Shown here: positions 29,000-39,631 of the stretch, piece by piece | How the letters are laid out: the number at the start of each line of letters is the position of its first letter | Position numbering within the stretch: position 1 is the stretch's first letter | IMG/VR virus record: IMGVR_UViG_3300045988_121917 | Coordinates: 1 to 64,000 of that record | Length of the DNA stretch: 64,000 nucleotides | Direction: 5' to 3' (one strand) | Origin: a virus | Position numbers and translations under genes: made by a program | The notes under the pieces: generated by a model | Databases searched by the model: none | The model's input: only the letters and a program-made list of their open reading frames with translations | What the model was told of the DNA's origin: nothing

Positions 29000-30181
29000 A
29001 TGGAATTAACTAAAAAACAAGAAGAAGGACTTAAAATTGCAGTTGAAAGATTCCACAATAATGAGAAATATACCGTAATAGCTGGGTACGCAGGTACTGG
29101 TAAGTCCACCCTTGTAAAGTTCATCATCGAGGCTCTTGATGTCGAACCAAGCAAGGTTGCATATGCTACTTTTACTGGTAAAGCTGCTGAAGTTCTTCGT
29201 AAAAAGGGAAATAAAAATGCTTGCACTTTGCATAAATTACTTTATGAACATATTCCAAGACCAGGTGGAGGCTTCTTTAGAAAACCAAAAACTACTATTG
29301 AATATAGTATTATTGTGGTAGATGAGATTTCAATGGTGCCAGTAGATATGATGCAGCAGCTTTTTAAACATAAAGTGTATGTTATTTGTCTTGGTGACCC
29401 ATTCCAGATTCCTCCAATAGAGAAAGATAAAGATAATCATTTACTTGATAATCCTCATATTTTTTTGGATGAAATTATGCGGCAAGCAGCAGATTCTGAA
29501 ATTATTAGATTAAGTATTGACATTCGAGAAATGAAGCCTTTACAATTATTTAGAGGAGAAAATGTTCAAGTAATTGACCAGAAAGATTATGAAGCAGGCA
29601 TGGTTCTTTGGGCTGACCAAATTATTTGCGGAACTAATGCCGCAGTTGAAGAAATTAATATTTATGTAAGAAATCTTTTGGGAAGAGGTCCTCTTCCAGA
29701 AGATGGAGATAAAATTCTTTGCAGACAAAACTATTGGGATGATATTAGTGATGACCATAATGCTTTAGTTAATGGCACTATCGGTTATTTAAAAAATCCT
29801 AAAAATAGATTTGTTTATTTCCCATATTGGATTGGAACTTCTGTTCCATCAGTACAGGCTATTCAGTGTGATATAGAGACTGATGAAGGAGACTTATATA
29901 AAGACCTGTATTTAGATAAAACTATGCTTACTCATGGAGCAAGATGTCTTGATGATAGAGATATTTATAAAATTGGTAAATACCGTGAAAGAGTTGGAGA
30001 TTTAGTTCCAAAATTTTTCACTTATGGATATGGTATTACTGGACATAAAGCTCAAGGTTCTGAATGGGATAAGGTTTTAGTTCTTGAAGAGCCATTTCCA
30101 AGAGTAAGATTAGAACATGCCAGATGGCTTTATACTGCGGTTACAAGAGCATCTGAAAAAGTAATTATAAGGAGAAAATAA
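29000..30181 (+). CDS. Dda/RecD-like SF1 DNA helicase
   Basis: Walker A GYAGTGKST, Walker B VVDEISMV, C-terminal GHKAQGSEWDKV and TAVTRA motifs. Confidence 0.8.
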   Translation: MELTKKQEEGLKIAVERFHNNEKYTVIAGYAGTGKSTLVKFIIEALDVEPSKVAYATFTGKAAEVLRKKGNKNACTLHKLLYEHIPRPGGGFFRKPKTTIEYSIIVVDEISMVPVDMMQQLFKHKVYVICLGDPFQIPPIEKDKDNHLLDNPHIFLDEIMRQAADSEIIRLSIDIREMKPLQLFRGENVQVIDQKDYEAGMVLWADQIICGTNAAVEEINIYVRNLLGRGPLPEDGDKILCRQNYWDDISDDHNALVNGTIGYLKNPKNRFVYFPYWIGTSVPSVQAIQCDIETDEGDLYKDLYLDKTMLTHGARCLDDRDIYKIGKYRERVGDLVPKFFTYGYGITGHKAQGSEWDKVLVLEEPFPRVRLEHARWLYTAVTRASEKVIIRRK

Positions 30182-30182
30182 T

Positions 30183-30824
30183 ATGAATGTAGTTACAATA
30201 GATTTTGATATTATTATGGAACCAAGTATTAGTTTTTATAATAATATGGTAGATATTGAAGACCCAATGAAAGATTATGTAGATAAATTTTCATTTCTTA
30301 CAAATATCCCTGCTAATTTATATATTTATGATTATCTAACTCGCTATATTGTACGTGCGGCAAAGCAAAATCAAGAAATTTATTTTGTAAATAGCCATGA
30401 TAAAGTGATTGATATTCTTAAAACAATTCCTCATGATGAGCAGATTGATTTATATAATATTGACCATCACCATGATTTAGGATATGACATGGAGCCTTCA
30501 GACTGGATGCGCCCAATGTTTAAATATGATTTAAGTAACTGGGTTAAGTATGCAAGAGATAAGAAGTTGGTTGATACTTTTTATTGGGTTCATAATGAAA
30601 ATTCTGACCCTTATCCAAACGAGGCCGCAAGATATGTTACAGAAGATTATGTCTTAAAAGACTTTAATTTAGAAGATGACAAATATGCTCCAGATGTTTT
30701 AATTATTTGCTCTTCTTTTGAATGGATTCCACCAGTTTATCAACCATTGTTTTATTCATGGAATACCATCTGTAGTGAAATCACAGGAAAAGAATATCCT
30801 TTTGACAGTATTGAAAAAATATGA
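30183..30824 (+). CDS. hypothetical protein
   Basis: 213-aa ORF with RBS AGGAGAAAA. Confidence 0.5.
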   Translation: MNVVTIDFDIIMEPSISFYNNMVDIEDPMKDYVDKFSFLTNIPANLYIYDYLTRYIVRAAKQNQEIYFVNSHDKVIDILKTIPHDEQIDLYNIDHHHDLGYDMEPSDWMRPMFKYDLSNWVKYARDKKLVDTFYWVHNENSDPYPNEAARYVTEDYVLKDFNLEDDKYAPDVLIICSSFEWIPPVYQPLFYSWNTICSEITGKEYPFDSIEKI

Positions 30825-30829
30825 TATAA
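30801..30829 (+). promoter_or_regulatory. consensus sigma70 promoter TTGACA-N17-TGaTATAAT
   Basis: Perfect -35 (30801-30806), 17-nt spacer, extended -10 (30822-30829). Followed by the same 18-mer TATAATATTTATATAAT seen at 28454. Confidence 0.75.
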
Positions 30830-30872
30830 TATTTATATAATTGAGAATAGTATAGATAGAGGAAAATAATAA

Positions 30873-33800
30873 ATGAGCAAAAAGTGGTTTAATTGTCATA
30901 ACCATACAGAGTATTCAAACTTACGTCTTTTGGATTCAACCAATCACCCAAAAGATTTAATCAATAAAGCAATCGAATTAGGACTTAGTGGTATCTGTAT
31001 AACTGACCATGAAGCCCTTTGTGCGCACGTTGAAATAAATAAAATTGCAACAGAATTAAGAGAAACAAATCCTGATTTTGTGATTGGGTTAGGAAATGAG
31101 ATTTATTTAACTGATACAAGAAATCATGGTCAGAAGTATTATCACTTCATTTTGATTGCTAAAGATGCAATCGGTCATAAAGCGTTAAGAGAGTTAAGTT
31201 CTACAGCTTGGTATTATTCATATATGGATAGAGGTATGGAAAGAGTTCCAACTCTAAAAGATGAATTAACTGAAATTGTAAAACATTATAAAGGTCATTT
31301 AATTGCAACAAGTGCATGTATCGGCGGAGAATTATCTTCATGGTCTTTATTATATGCAGAAGCATTAAAAGTAAATGACCAAAAGATGGCAATAGAATTT
31401 CAGAAAAAGATTCAAGATTTTATGGATTTTGTTTTGGATTTATTTGGAGATGATTTTTATATTGAATGCGCTCCATCTAATAAAGAAGACCAAATGACTG
31501 TAAATTCTCAGTTATTTAAAATTGCAACTGCATATAATGTTAAAATGGTTGTTGGAACCGACTCTCATTATTTAACAAAAGAAGATAGAATGGTTCATAA
31601 AGCATATCTTAATTCAAAGGGTGGAGAGCGTGAAGTTGATGACTTTTATGAATTTGCCAGACTTATGGATAGCGATGAAGTAGAAGAATTATTATCTCCA
31701 TGTTTTCCAGAAGGATATGTAGATATAATTTTTGAGAACACTTTAGATTTACAGAATAAAATTGAATATTATAGTCTTTTTCATAAGCAAGATATTCCAT
31801 CTGTAGAAGTTAAAGATTATCCAAAAGTAAGAGGATTTAAACAGTATCCACATTTATCTGCGATGTTAATGGATGATGATATTCAGAATCGTTATTGGGT
31901 AAATGAGTGTTTAAATCAGCTTGAAAAACTTGAGAAAATCAATGATAAACGTTATCTTGATGAACTTGAAGAAGAAGCACGAGTTAAAAGTATTATTAGT
32001 GAAAAACTTGAAACAAATATGTTTCGTTATCCAAATACACTTCAACATTATATTGATATGATTTGGGATTGCGGTTCAATGGTAGGCGCTGGTCGTGGTT
32101 CCAGTTGTGCCGCACTTAATCATTACCTTATGGGAATTACTCAGTTGGACCCTATCGAGTGGGATTTACCTTTCTTCCGTTACCTCAACGAAGAGAGAAT
32201 TGAGCTTGGCGATATTGATATCGATATATGCCCGTCTAAACGTCCGGAGATTCTTCGTAAAATTAAAGAAGAGCGTGGAAAAATGTTCTATGATAATATC
32301 ATAGAATGGGCGAAGAAAAATCTTGGATGTACTCTTGTAGCAACATTTGGTACAGAAGGAACTAAATCTGCAATTCAAACAGCTTGTAGAGGTTATAGAA
32401 GTGAAGATTATCCAGAAGGAATTGACGTTGATGAAGCTCAGTATATGAGTTCATTAATTCCAGAAGAAAGAGGATTTTTATGGCCAATTAAAGAAGTTGT
32501 TTATGGAAATCCAGAAAAAGGTCGTAAGCCTGTTAAGACATTTGTAAATGAAGTAAATAAATATCCAGGTTTATTGGATATTATTATAGCTATTGAAGGT
32601 CTTATAAACCATAGAGGTTCTCATGCATCTGGCGTAATTTTATTTGGAGATGACCCATTTGAGCATAGTGCTTTTATGAAAACTCCAAAAGGCGAGATTA
32701 CTACTCAGTTTGACTTGCATGATGCTGAGTATATGGGGTTAACAAAGTATGATTTTCTTGTAACTGAAGTTCAGGATAAATTAGTTCAGACAATTCAATT
32801 ACTCCAAGAGGATAATGAAATTGAGCCAGAATTAAGTTTGCGGGAAGTCTATGATAAATATTTTCACCCTAATGTATTACCTTTAGATGACCAGAAAATC
32901 TGGGATGCATTGGGTAAAGTATCTGTTATTAATACTTTCCAGTTTGATTCTCAGGTTGGTGCGCAGGTAGCAAAGAAATTAAAACCTCAGAATGTATTGG
33001 AAATGGCGGATGCGAATGGTCTAATGAGACTTATGGGCGAAGATGGAGAGGAACGCCCGATGGATAAATATTATCGTTTTAAACAAAACATTCAGTTATG
33101 GTATGATGAAATGACAAAATTTGGTCTTACCGAAGAAGAGCAGAAAACTCTTGAGCCTTACTTTAAGAGTTCTTATGGAGTTCCTCCTTCACAGGAACAG
33201 TTAATGAGAATGTTGATGGACGATAAGATTTGTCATTTCACTCTTGGAGAAGCAAATGCGGCTCGTAAGATTGTTGGTAAAAAACAAATGAATAAAATTC
33301 CAGCTTTACATGAAAAAGTATTGGCACAAGCGGCAAGTGAGAAGCTTGGACAGTATGTATGGAAATGTGGAGTTGGCCCGCAGATGGGTTATTCATTTAG
33401 TGTTATTCATGCTTTAGCTTATAGTTTCATTGGTGTTCAAACGTTATATATTGCAACAAATTGGAATCCTATTTATTGGGATTGTGCATGTTTAATTGTA
33501 AATAGTGGTTCACTTGAAGATAATAGTGACTTAGAGATTGAAGAGGATGATGAATCTGAATCTATTTCTGTAAAGAAAACAGCTTCAACTGATTATGGAA
33601 AGATTGCAAAAGCTATGGGTGAAATTATGTTAGCAGGAATTAAATTAAGTCTTGTTGATATAAATAATTCAGATTATGGGTTTAAACCTGATGCTAAAAA
33701 CAATCAGATTCTTTATGGAATGAAAGGTTTATTGAATGTAAGTGATGCAGTAATTGATGATATTATTAAAAATAGACCTTATACTTCACCTAAAGATTTT

Positions 33801-34799
33801 TTATTAAAAGTGCGTCCAAAAAAACAGGCAATGATTTCACTTATTAAAGGTGGAGCATTTGATACAATGATTGATCGTAAGATTTGTATGGGTTGGTATA
33901 TTTGGGAAACTTGTGATAAGAAGAAACGAATTACATTACAAAATATGGGAGGTTTGATTAAATATAATCTTCTTCCAGAAAAAAATGAAGAACAGATTAT
34001 GGCGAGAAGAGTTTATGAATTTAATCGTTATTTAAAATCTGTCTGTAAAATTAAAGGTGACGCAATTAATTATCATATAGATGATAGAGCAATGAATTTT
34101 TTGATTGAAATTGAACATGATGATTTATTAGAGGGTTATTCTTTAAATATGAAAGCATGGGACAAAGTATATCAGAAATGGATGGATGTATTCAGAGAAT
34201 GGATTGCAGAAGAAAAAGAACAGATTCTTCAGAACTTAAATGAAAAAATCTTTAAGGATGATTGGGATAAATATGCTCAAGGAACTTTATCAGCTTGGGA
34301 AATGCAAGCATTATGTTTCTATTATCATGAACATGAATTATCTCATGTTGATACTCAAAGATATGGTTTTGTTGATTTTGATAAACTGCCGCAAGAACCT
34401 ATCATAGAAAGAACAATTACAAAAGGTGCAAAGCAAAATAATATATTCAAATTGAATAAAATTTGCGGAACTTGTATTGCTAAAAATAAAACTAAAAGTA
34501 CAGTAACTCTATTGACAACTTCTGGAGTAGTTAATGTCAAATTTAGAAAAGAATATTTCTCATTATTTGATAAACAGATTTCTGAAAAACAAGAAGATGG
34601 AACTAAAAAGGTTCGAGAAAAATCTTGGTTCAATCGAGGAAATATGATTATAGTAATGGGCATTAGGTCAGGAGATGATTTCATTTCTAAGAAATATGCT
34701 TCTTCTAATGGACATCAATTATATAAGATTGATAAAATTAATGAAGATGGAAGTTTGGAAATTAGAAGTGATAGATACCAAGGGGAAGATGTTTTTTAA
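30873..34799 (+). CDS. dnaE: DNA polymerase III alpha subunit (DnaE-type, N-terminal PHP domain)
   Basis: PHP His/Asp motifs at the N-terminus, GDIDIDIC and GLTKYDFL Pol III alpha signature blocks, 1308 aa. Confidence 0.9.
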   Translation: MSKKWFNCHNHTEYSNLRLLDSTNHPKDLINKAIELGLSGICITDHEALCAHVEINKIATELRETNPDFVIGLGNEIYLTDTRNHGQKYYHFILIAKDAIGHKALRELSSTAWYYSYMDRGMERVPTLKDELTEIVKHYKGHLIATSACIGGELSSWSLLYAEALKVNDQKMAIEFQKKIQDFMDFVLDLFGDDFYIECAPSNKEDQMTVNSQLFKIATAYNVKMVVGTDSHYLTKEDRMVHKAYLNSKGGEREVDDFYEFARLMDSDEVEELLSPCFPEGYVDIIFENTLDLQNKIEYYSLFHKQDIPSVEVKDYPKVRGFKQYPHLSAMLMDDDIQNRYWVNECLNQLEKLEKINDKRYLDELEEEARVKSIISEKLETNMFRYPNTLQHYIDMIWDCGSMVGAGRGSSCAALNHYLMGITQLDPIEWDLPFFRYLNEERIELGDIDIDICPSKRPEILRKIKEERGKMFYDNIIEWAKKNLGCTLVATFGTEGTKSAIQTACRGYRSEDYPEGIDVDEAQYMSSLIPEERGFLWPIKEVVYGNPEKGRKPVKTFVNEVNKYPGLLDIIIAIEGLINHRGSHASGVILFGDDPFEHSAFMKTPKGEITTQFDLHDAEYMGLTKYDFLVTEVQDKLVQTIQLLQEDNEIEPELSLREVYDKYFHPNVLPLDDQKIWDALGKVSVINTFQFDSQVGAQVAKKLKPQNVLEMADANGLMRLMGEDGEERPMDKYYRFKQNIQLWYDEMTKFGLTEEEQKTLEPYFKSSYGVPPSQEQLMRMLMDDKICHFTLGEANAARKIVGKKQMNKIPALHEKVLAQAASEKLGQYVWKCGVGPQMGYSFSVIHALAYSFIGVQTLYIATNWNPIYWDCACLIVNSGSLEDNSDLEIEEDDESESISVKKTASTDYGKIAKAMGEIMLAGIKLSLVDINNSDYGFKPDAKNNQILYGMKGLLNVSDAVIDDIIKNRPYTSPKDFLLKVRPKKQAMISLIKGGAFDTMIDRKICMGWYIWETCDKKKRITLQNMGGLIKYNLLPEKNEEQIMARRVYEFNRYLKSVCKIKGDAINYHIDDRAMNFLIEIEHDDLLEGYSLNMKAWDKVYQKWMDVFREWIAEEKEQILQNLNEKIFKDDWDKYAQGTLSAWEMQALCFYYHEHELSHVDTQRYGFVDFDKLPQEPIIERTITKGAKQNNIFKLNKICGTCIAKNKTKSTVTLLTTSGVVNVKFRKEYFSLFDKQISEKQEDGTKKVREKSWFNRGNMIIVMGIRSGDDFISKKYASSNGHQLYKIDKINEDGSLEIRSDRYQGEDVF

Positions 34800-34838
34800 C
34801 ATCTTCTCTAATATATCAATAAAAAGGAGAATAAAGAT

Positions 34839-35201
34839 ATGAGTCAAGTAGTAAAAAGAGTTTGTGATTTATGTGGACATGAAATTACAGAAAACTTAGA
34901 TACTGGTAATATTAATTTTAATTATGCAAATTCTATGGGCTATATGTGTAGTCATAACATGGATATTTGTAAGGAGTGCGCTCCAAAGATTGTTCCTGCT
35001 CTTCATAAAACCTTAACAGATTTGTTTAAATTAAAAGAAAATGATAATGAGGTTTCTGATTTAAGTACATTCTTTCAGAGAGAAAGTATTATGCAGGAAG
35101 AAATGAGAAAATATCAGGAAGAGATAGATAAAGCAAATAAGCCAGGTGAAAATACTACACCAGGAGAATCAACAGGTAAAGAGGAAGAAGCAAGCGTATG
35201 A
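34839..35201 (+). CDS. hypothetical zinc-ribbon protein
   Basis: CDLCGH...CKEC motifs. RBS AAAAGGAG. Confidence 0.45.
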   Translation: MSQVVKRVCDLCGHEITENLDTGNINFNYANSMGYMCSHNMDICKECAPKIVPALHKTLTDLFKLKENDNEVSDLSTFFQRESIMQEEMRKYQEEIDKANKPGENTTPGESTGKEEEASV

Positions 35202-35770
35202 TAGGTTCTTATAAAATTCTTGCCATTATTGGAGAAGCTGGTAGCGGAAAAGATACTCTTATGCAAGAGGTTTTAAAAGTTAATCATAATCTCCATGAGA
35301 TAGTTAGTTTTACAACAAGACCTCCAAGAGAAGGAGAAAAAGACGGAATTAATTATCATTTTATTTCTGGTGAAGAATTTGCAGAAAAGCTTCTGGCAGG
35401 TGAAATGCTGGAAGCTGCCTGCTTCAATGACTGGTTTTATGGAACCGGTTTTGGCTCATTGCGCTCTGATTGTGTTAATATCGGAGTCTTTAATCCAGAA
35501 GGAATTGATAGTTTAATGGCTCATAAAAATATTGAGCTTGTAGTATATTATGTGACTGCTAAAGATAAGACTCGATTATTGCGGCAGTTGAATAGAGAAG
35601 AAAATCCAAATGTTGATGAAATTATTAGAAGATATAAAGCTGATAAAGATGATTTTGCTGATTTGGATTTTCATTATAATGAAATAGTGAATGAAGATAG
35701 AAAAGATATGGACTTCAATGTGAAAGTTGTATCTGCTGCGGCACAGCGGTTGGAGAACAAGATTGGATAA
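35198..35770 (+). CDS. guanylate-kinase-like (d)NMP kinase
   Basis: P-loop GEAGSGKDT and SFTTRPPREGEKDGINYHF guanylate kinase signature. Confidence 0.7.
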   Translation: MIGSYKILAIIGEAGSGKDTLMQEVLKVNHNLHEIVSFTTRPPREGEKDGINYHFISGEEFAEKLLAGEMLEAACFNDWFYGTGFGSLRSDCVNIGVFNPEGIDSLMAHKNIELVVYYVTAKDKTRLLRQLNREENPNVDEIIRRYKADKDDFADLDFHYNEIVNEDRKDMDFNVKVVSAAAQRLENKIG

Positions 35771-35844
35771 TTTATCCATCGCAAAAACCATATATAGTGT
35801 TAAGACTTAAAAAATTTTACTAAATATAGATGGAGGGATACAAT

Positions 35845-38163
35845 ATGTTAGAAGTTCAAAAACGAAATGGTGATATTGTCCCATTTGATAAAGAAAAAAT
35901 TATTGACGCAGTAAATAGAGCGATGATTGAAGTAGATAAAATCCTTTATGAAACAGATACTTCAAAAGATATTGCCACTGAAATTGAAGAAATGGCTAAA
36001 CGCTCTAAGACAACTATTTCTGTAGAAACTATTCAAGATTGCGTAGAAGATTTATTGATGCAATCTGAAAGAAGAGATGTTGCAAGAGCGTATATTCGTT
36101 ATAGATATAAGCAAGAAGCAAAGAGAGAACATGAGGCAGTTTTTATTAAAACTTATAGTGAAAAATTGGAAGCCCGCAATGTTCAAAATCAAAATGCTAA
36201 TGTAGATGAACATTCTTTTGGTGGACGTATGGGTGAAGCAAGTTCAGTTATGACAAAAAAATATGCTTTAGATTATATCGTATCTAAAATGTCAAGAGAT
36301 AATCATTTAAACAATGAGATTTATATTCACGACTTAGATAGTTATGCTGTTGGAATGCATAATTGTTTGTCACTACCTATAGATGATTTACTCAGAGATG
36401 GTTTTAATACTCGCCAAACTGATGTTCGTCCTGCTCAATCAGTTAATACAGCTTTTCAGCTTTTAGCAGTATTATTTCAATTACAATCATTACAGCAGTT
36501 TGGAGGAGTATCTGCTACTCACTTAGACTGGAGCATGGTTCCTTATGTTCGTAGAAGTTTTTATAAGCATTTCTTAGATGGTGTTAAATATTGTCAAAAA
36601 GGTCAGATGCTTGGATTAGCCGGAATTTATGAAGATTTTGATTTATCTAATGCAAAAGATATGTGGATTAAAGCTGATGCTTCTATTAATGATGATGTAT
36701 TTGTTAGAAATGAAGCTGCTTATAAATATGCTATGGATATGACAACAAAAGAAACTTATCAGGCTGTAGAAGGAATGTATCATAATCTTAATACATTGCA
36801 ATCTCGGAGTGGAAATCAGTTACCTTTTACTTCTATTAATTATGGCACATGTACTTTACCAGAAGGAAGATTGGTAACAGAAGCTTTATTAAATGTATCT
36901 ATTAAAGGTATTGGAAAGCTTCATAAAACTTCTATTTTTCCTTGTGGAATTTTCCAGTGTATGAAAGGAGTTAATCGTGAAGAAGGAGACCCAAATTACG
37001 ATTTATTTAAACTCGCATTACGTTCAACCGCCACAAGACTGTACCCAAATTATGCTAATGTAGATTGGTCTGGAAACGCAGGATATGACCCAGACGACCC
37101 GACGACTTACTTCAGTACAATGGGATGCAGAACTGCCAACGGATGGGATATCAATGGTTTCGGCCAAAAGAAGGATGGACGTGGAAATATTTGTCCTGTA
37201 ACAATTATTTTACCTACATTAGCGATGGAAGCTAAACAGAATTTTATGTCTCAATATGCTTTAACTGACGAAGATGCAAAAGAAGCTTTTGCAGTTGAAT
37301 ATTTCATGACTCTTTTAGATGAAAAAATTCATCAGGCAAAAGATATGTTAATTGAACGTTTTGATTGGATTTGTTCTCAGGATGCTTCTGCCGCAACTTT
37401 TATGTATGAGAATGGTACAATGAAAGGATATATTCCAGAAGAAGGAATAAGAAGTGCATTGAAGCATGGAACTTTAGCATTAGGTCAGTTAGGACTCGCT
37501 GAGACTCTTCAAATTCTTATTGGTACAGACCATACTACTCCAGAAGGAATGAAACTGGCTAAAAGAATTGAACAGTTATTTAAAGATAGATGTGCGGAAT
37601 TTAAAGAAGAATATAAACTTAATTTTGGAGTATATTATACTCCGGCTGAGAACCTTTGCTATAAAGCTTTAAAAAACTTTAAAGCAAAATATGGTGTAAT
37701 TGAAAATGTAAGTGACAAAGAATTCTTTACTAATTCAATTCATGTTCCAGTGTGGAAAAAAATGTCTCCATTTGAAAAGATTGATATTGAATCTCAATTA
37801 ACTGGTTATTCATCTGCGGGATGTATTACTTATATTGAATTAGATTCCGGTATTAAAAATAATCTTGAGGCATTAGAGCAAATTGTAAATTATGCTATGG
37901 ATAAAGATATTCCATATTTTGCGGTCAATGTACCAAATGATACATGCCTTGAGTGCGGCTACACAGATGAATTTAATGATAGATGTCCTATTTGCGGAAG
38001 CACTCATATCCAACAGCTTAGAAGAGTTACTGGATATTTAACAGGAAATTATAAAACTGCTTTTAATCTTGGAAAACAAGATGAAGTTGAACATCGTGTT
38101 AAGCATGGAGGAAGAAGAGAATGGGCGCAGATAAAACCTGGCACGACAAAGAAGAATACTTAA
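35845..38163 (+). CDS. nrdD: anaerobic ribonucleoside-triphosphate reductase (class III RNR)
   Basis: ATP-cone-like N-terminus, C-terminal Zn ribbon CLEC...CPIC, and glycyl-radical motif RVTGYLTG. RBS GGAGGGA before the ATG at 35845. Confidence 0.9.
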   Translation: MLEVQKRNGDIVPFDKEKIIDAVNRAMIEVDKILYETDTSKDIATEIEEMAKRSKTTISVETIQDCVEDLLMQSERRDVARAYIRYRYKQEAKREHEAVFIKTYSEKLEARNVQNQNANVDEHSFGGRMGEASSVMTKKYALDYIVSKMSRDNHLNNEIYIHDLDSYAVGMHNCLSLPIDDLLRDGFNTRQTDVRPAQSVNTAFQLLAVLFQLQSLQQFGGVSATHLDWSMVPYVRRSFYKHFLDGVKYCQKGQMLGLAGIYEDFDLSNAKDMWIKADASINDDVFVRNEAAYKYAMDMTTKETYQAVEGMYHNLNTLQSRSGNQLPFTSINYGTCTLPEGRLVTEALLNVSIKGIGKLHKTSIFPCGIFQCMKGVNREEGDPNYDLFKLALRSTATRLYPNYANVDWSGNAGYDPDDPTTYFSTMGCRTANGWDINGFGQKKDGRGNICPVTIILPTLAMEAKQNFMSQYALTDEDAKEAFAVEYFMTLLDEKIHQAKDMLIERFDWICSQDASAATFMYENGTMKGYIPEEGIRSALKHGTLALGQLGLAETLQILIGTDHTTPEGMKLAKRIEQLFKDRCAEFKEEYKLNFGVYYTPAENLCYKALKNFKAKYGVIENVSDKEFFTNSIHVPVWKKMSPFEKIDIESQLTGYSSAGCITYIELDSGIKNNLEALEQIVNYAMDKDIPYFAVNVPNDTCLECGYTDEFNDRCPICGSTHIQQLRRVTGYLTGNYKTAFNLGKQDEVEHRVKHGGRREWAQIKPGTTKKNT

Positions 38164-38318
38164 AACAAGCAAAAGAATGTAAATATTGTAGAGAACTAGA
38201 TGCAGATGATACTTTATATATGGCAAACGACTGAGATGGCGGAGTAGGATTTGAATATATCAGGCATATTAAATACTGCCCTATCTGCGGCCGCAAGCTT
38301 TTTAATTGGGAGGAATAA
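38121..38318 (+). pseudogene. small zinc-ribbon ORF (CKYC...CPIC) interrupted by an in-frame TGA
   Basis: Frame-0 ORF from ATG 38121 to TGA 38232-38234. It continues in the same frame to TAA 38316-38318 and contains a second CxxC. Could be recoding, a pseudogene, or a sequencing error. Confidence 0.2.
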
Positions 38319-38323
38319 TTATA

Positions 38324-38803
38324 ATGCGTTATGCAGGAATTATTAAAAATGATTTTTCCGCCGCTCCTGGAATAAGTGTAACTTTTTTTACACAAGGTTG
38401 CCCTCACAAATGTGAGGGTTGCCACAATCCAGAGACTTGGGATTTTGAAGGCGGAGAAGAAGTTACTCATGATACTATTTTAGAGGTTATTGAAGCTATT
38501 ACTGCTAATGGATTACATCGTAATTTATGTATTATGGGAGGAGAGCCTCTTTGCCCAGAAAATCAATTTTTGACTAATTTAATTATTAATTCTGTTAAAG
38601 AAAAACTTCCTGACACTAAAATTTATTTATGGACAGGATATTGTTTAGAAGATTTAGATATGAGTAATAATAGAATTAAATCAATACTTGAGCAAGTAGA
38701 TTGCATTATTGATGGTCCTTATGATAAAACAAAAAGAGATGTTTCTTTATTTATGAGAGGTTCATCTAATCAACGAATTTTATATAAGGGAACTGATTAT
38801 TGA
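38324..38803 (+). CDS. nrdG: anaerobic RNR activating protein (radical SAM)
   Basis: CPHKCEGC CxxxCxxC cluster near the N-terminus, about 160 aa, immediately after nrdD. RBS GGGAGG. Confidence 0.85.
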   Translation: MRYAGIIKNDFSAAPGISVTFFTQGCPHKCEGCHNPETWDFEGGEEVTHDTILEVIEAITANGLHRNLCIMGGEPLCPENQFLTNLIINSVKEKLPDTKIYLWTGYCLEDLDMSNNRIKSILEQVDCIIDGPYDKTKRDVSLFMRGSSNQRILYKGTDY

Positions 38804-38828
38804 TTTTCTAAAAAAAATATGATATTAT
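38800..38828 (+). promoter_or_regulatory. sigma70-type promoter TTGATT-N17-TGaTATTAT
   Basis: -35 at 38800-38805, -10 at 38823-38828. Confidence 0.5.
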
Positions 38829-38856
38829 ATACTTATAAATAATAAGGAGATTAAAA

Positions 38857-39384
38857 ATGAAACATATTAAAGATAATAAAGAATTAGATGAAATTAAAGA
38901 GCCAGAAGATGGCCAGATTGTATATAATGAAACAGATGATAGTTATTTTATTTATAAAAATGAAAAATGGTTTCCAGTAGAAGCTCAAATGACTTCTCAG
39001 GGACTTGAACTTAATTTATATGAATTAAATCGAAGTATTATTGAGCAACTTCCAGACTATGAAGATTCTCAGTGGGAAGGCGCTGAAAAGATTTTTGGAG
39101 ACTGGTTAATGGAACAATCTTCTACATATTATATGCTTTATGGTAGAGAGATTAATTACTTTACAATCTTTAAGAAAGGGAATATCGGAGAGTCAGATTT
39201 CGCAACATTCTGGGATGGACTTAAAGAATGTTTAACTGCGCTCGGTACAGTTCGTTCTATCAACGTTAATAAATTAGAGGATGGTAGTGCTTCTTCTATT
39301 GAAATCTGGATTAAATATAATGGTGTAGTTACCTGCATGTATTTATTTAATTACGATGAAGGTATTGTGACTTATGAACAATAA
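38857..39384 (+). CDS. hypothetical protein
   Basis: 175-aa ORF with RBS AAGGAG. Confidence 0.5.
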   Translation: MKHIKDNKELDEIKEPEDGQIVYNETDDSYFIYKNEKWFPVEAQMTSQGLELNLYELNRSIIEQLPDYEDSQWEGAEKIFGDWLMEQSSTYYMLYGREINYFTIFKKGNIGESDFATFWDGLKECLTALGTVRSINVNKLEDGSASSIEIWIKYNGVVTCMYLFNYDEGIVTYEQ

Positions 39385-39628
39385 TGAGATTGTATGTTTT
39401 ATTGATATGTTCTCTATTTATCAAAAAGTTCAATATAATGACGGTCAAGAAGAGCAGGTTTCTTTAGCAAATTTACCTGACTTCTTACCGCAGGTTTGTT
39501 CAGCAGAGAATATCAGTAAAATTCATTTATATGGTGATGCTATTTTTTGTAATGGTGTTGCTGATAAAATTAGAACAAGTGAAATTACAACATATGGAGA
39601 AAATAATTTAGAAATCGAGGTAAATTAA
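39374..39628 (+). CDS. hypothetical protein
   Basis: 84-aa ORF overlapping the upstream stop. Confidence 0.4.
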   Translation: MNNNEIVCFIDMFSIYQKVQYNDGQEEQVSLANLPDFLPQVCSAENISKIHLYGDAIFCNGVADKIRTSEITTYGENNLEIEVN

Positions 39629-39631
39629 TTT

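Noticed and set aside
38232-38234. Genome-wide TGA stop-codon reassignment
   Set aside because: TGA serves as an ordinary stop elsewhere (gene 813-1364 ends in TGA within an ATGA overlap). All long conserved genes are uninterrupted, so any recoding would be local.
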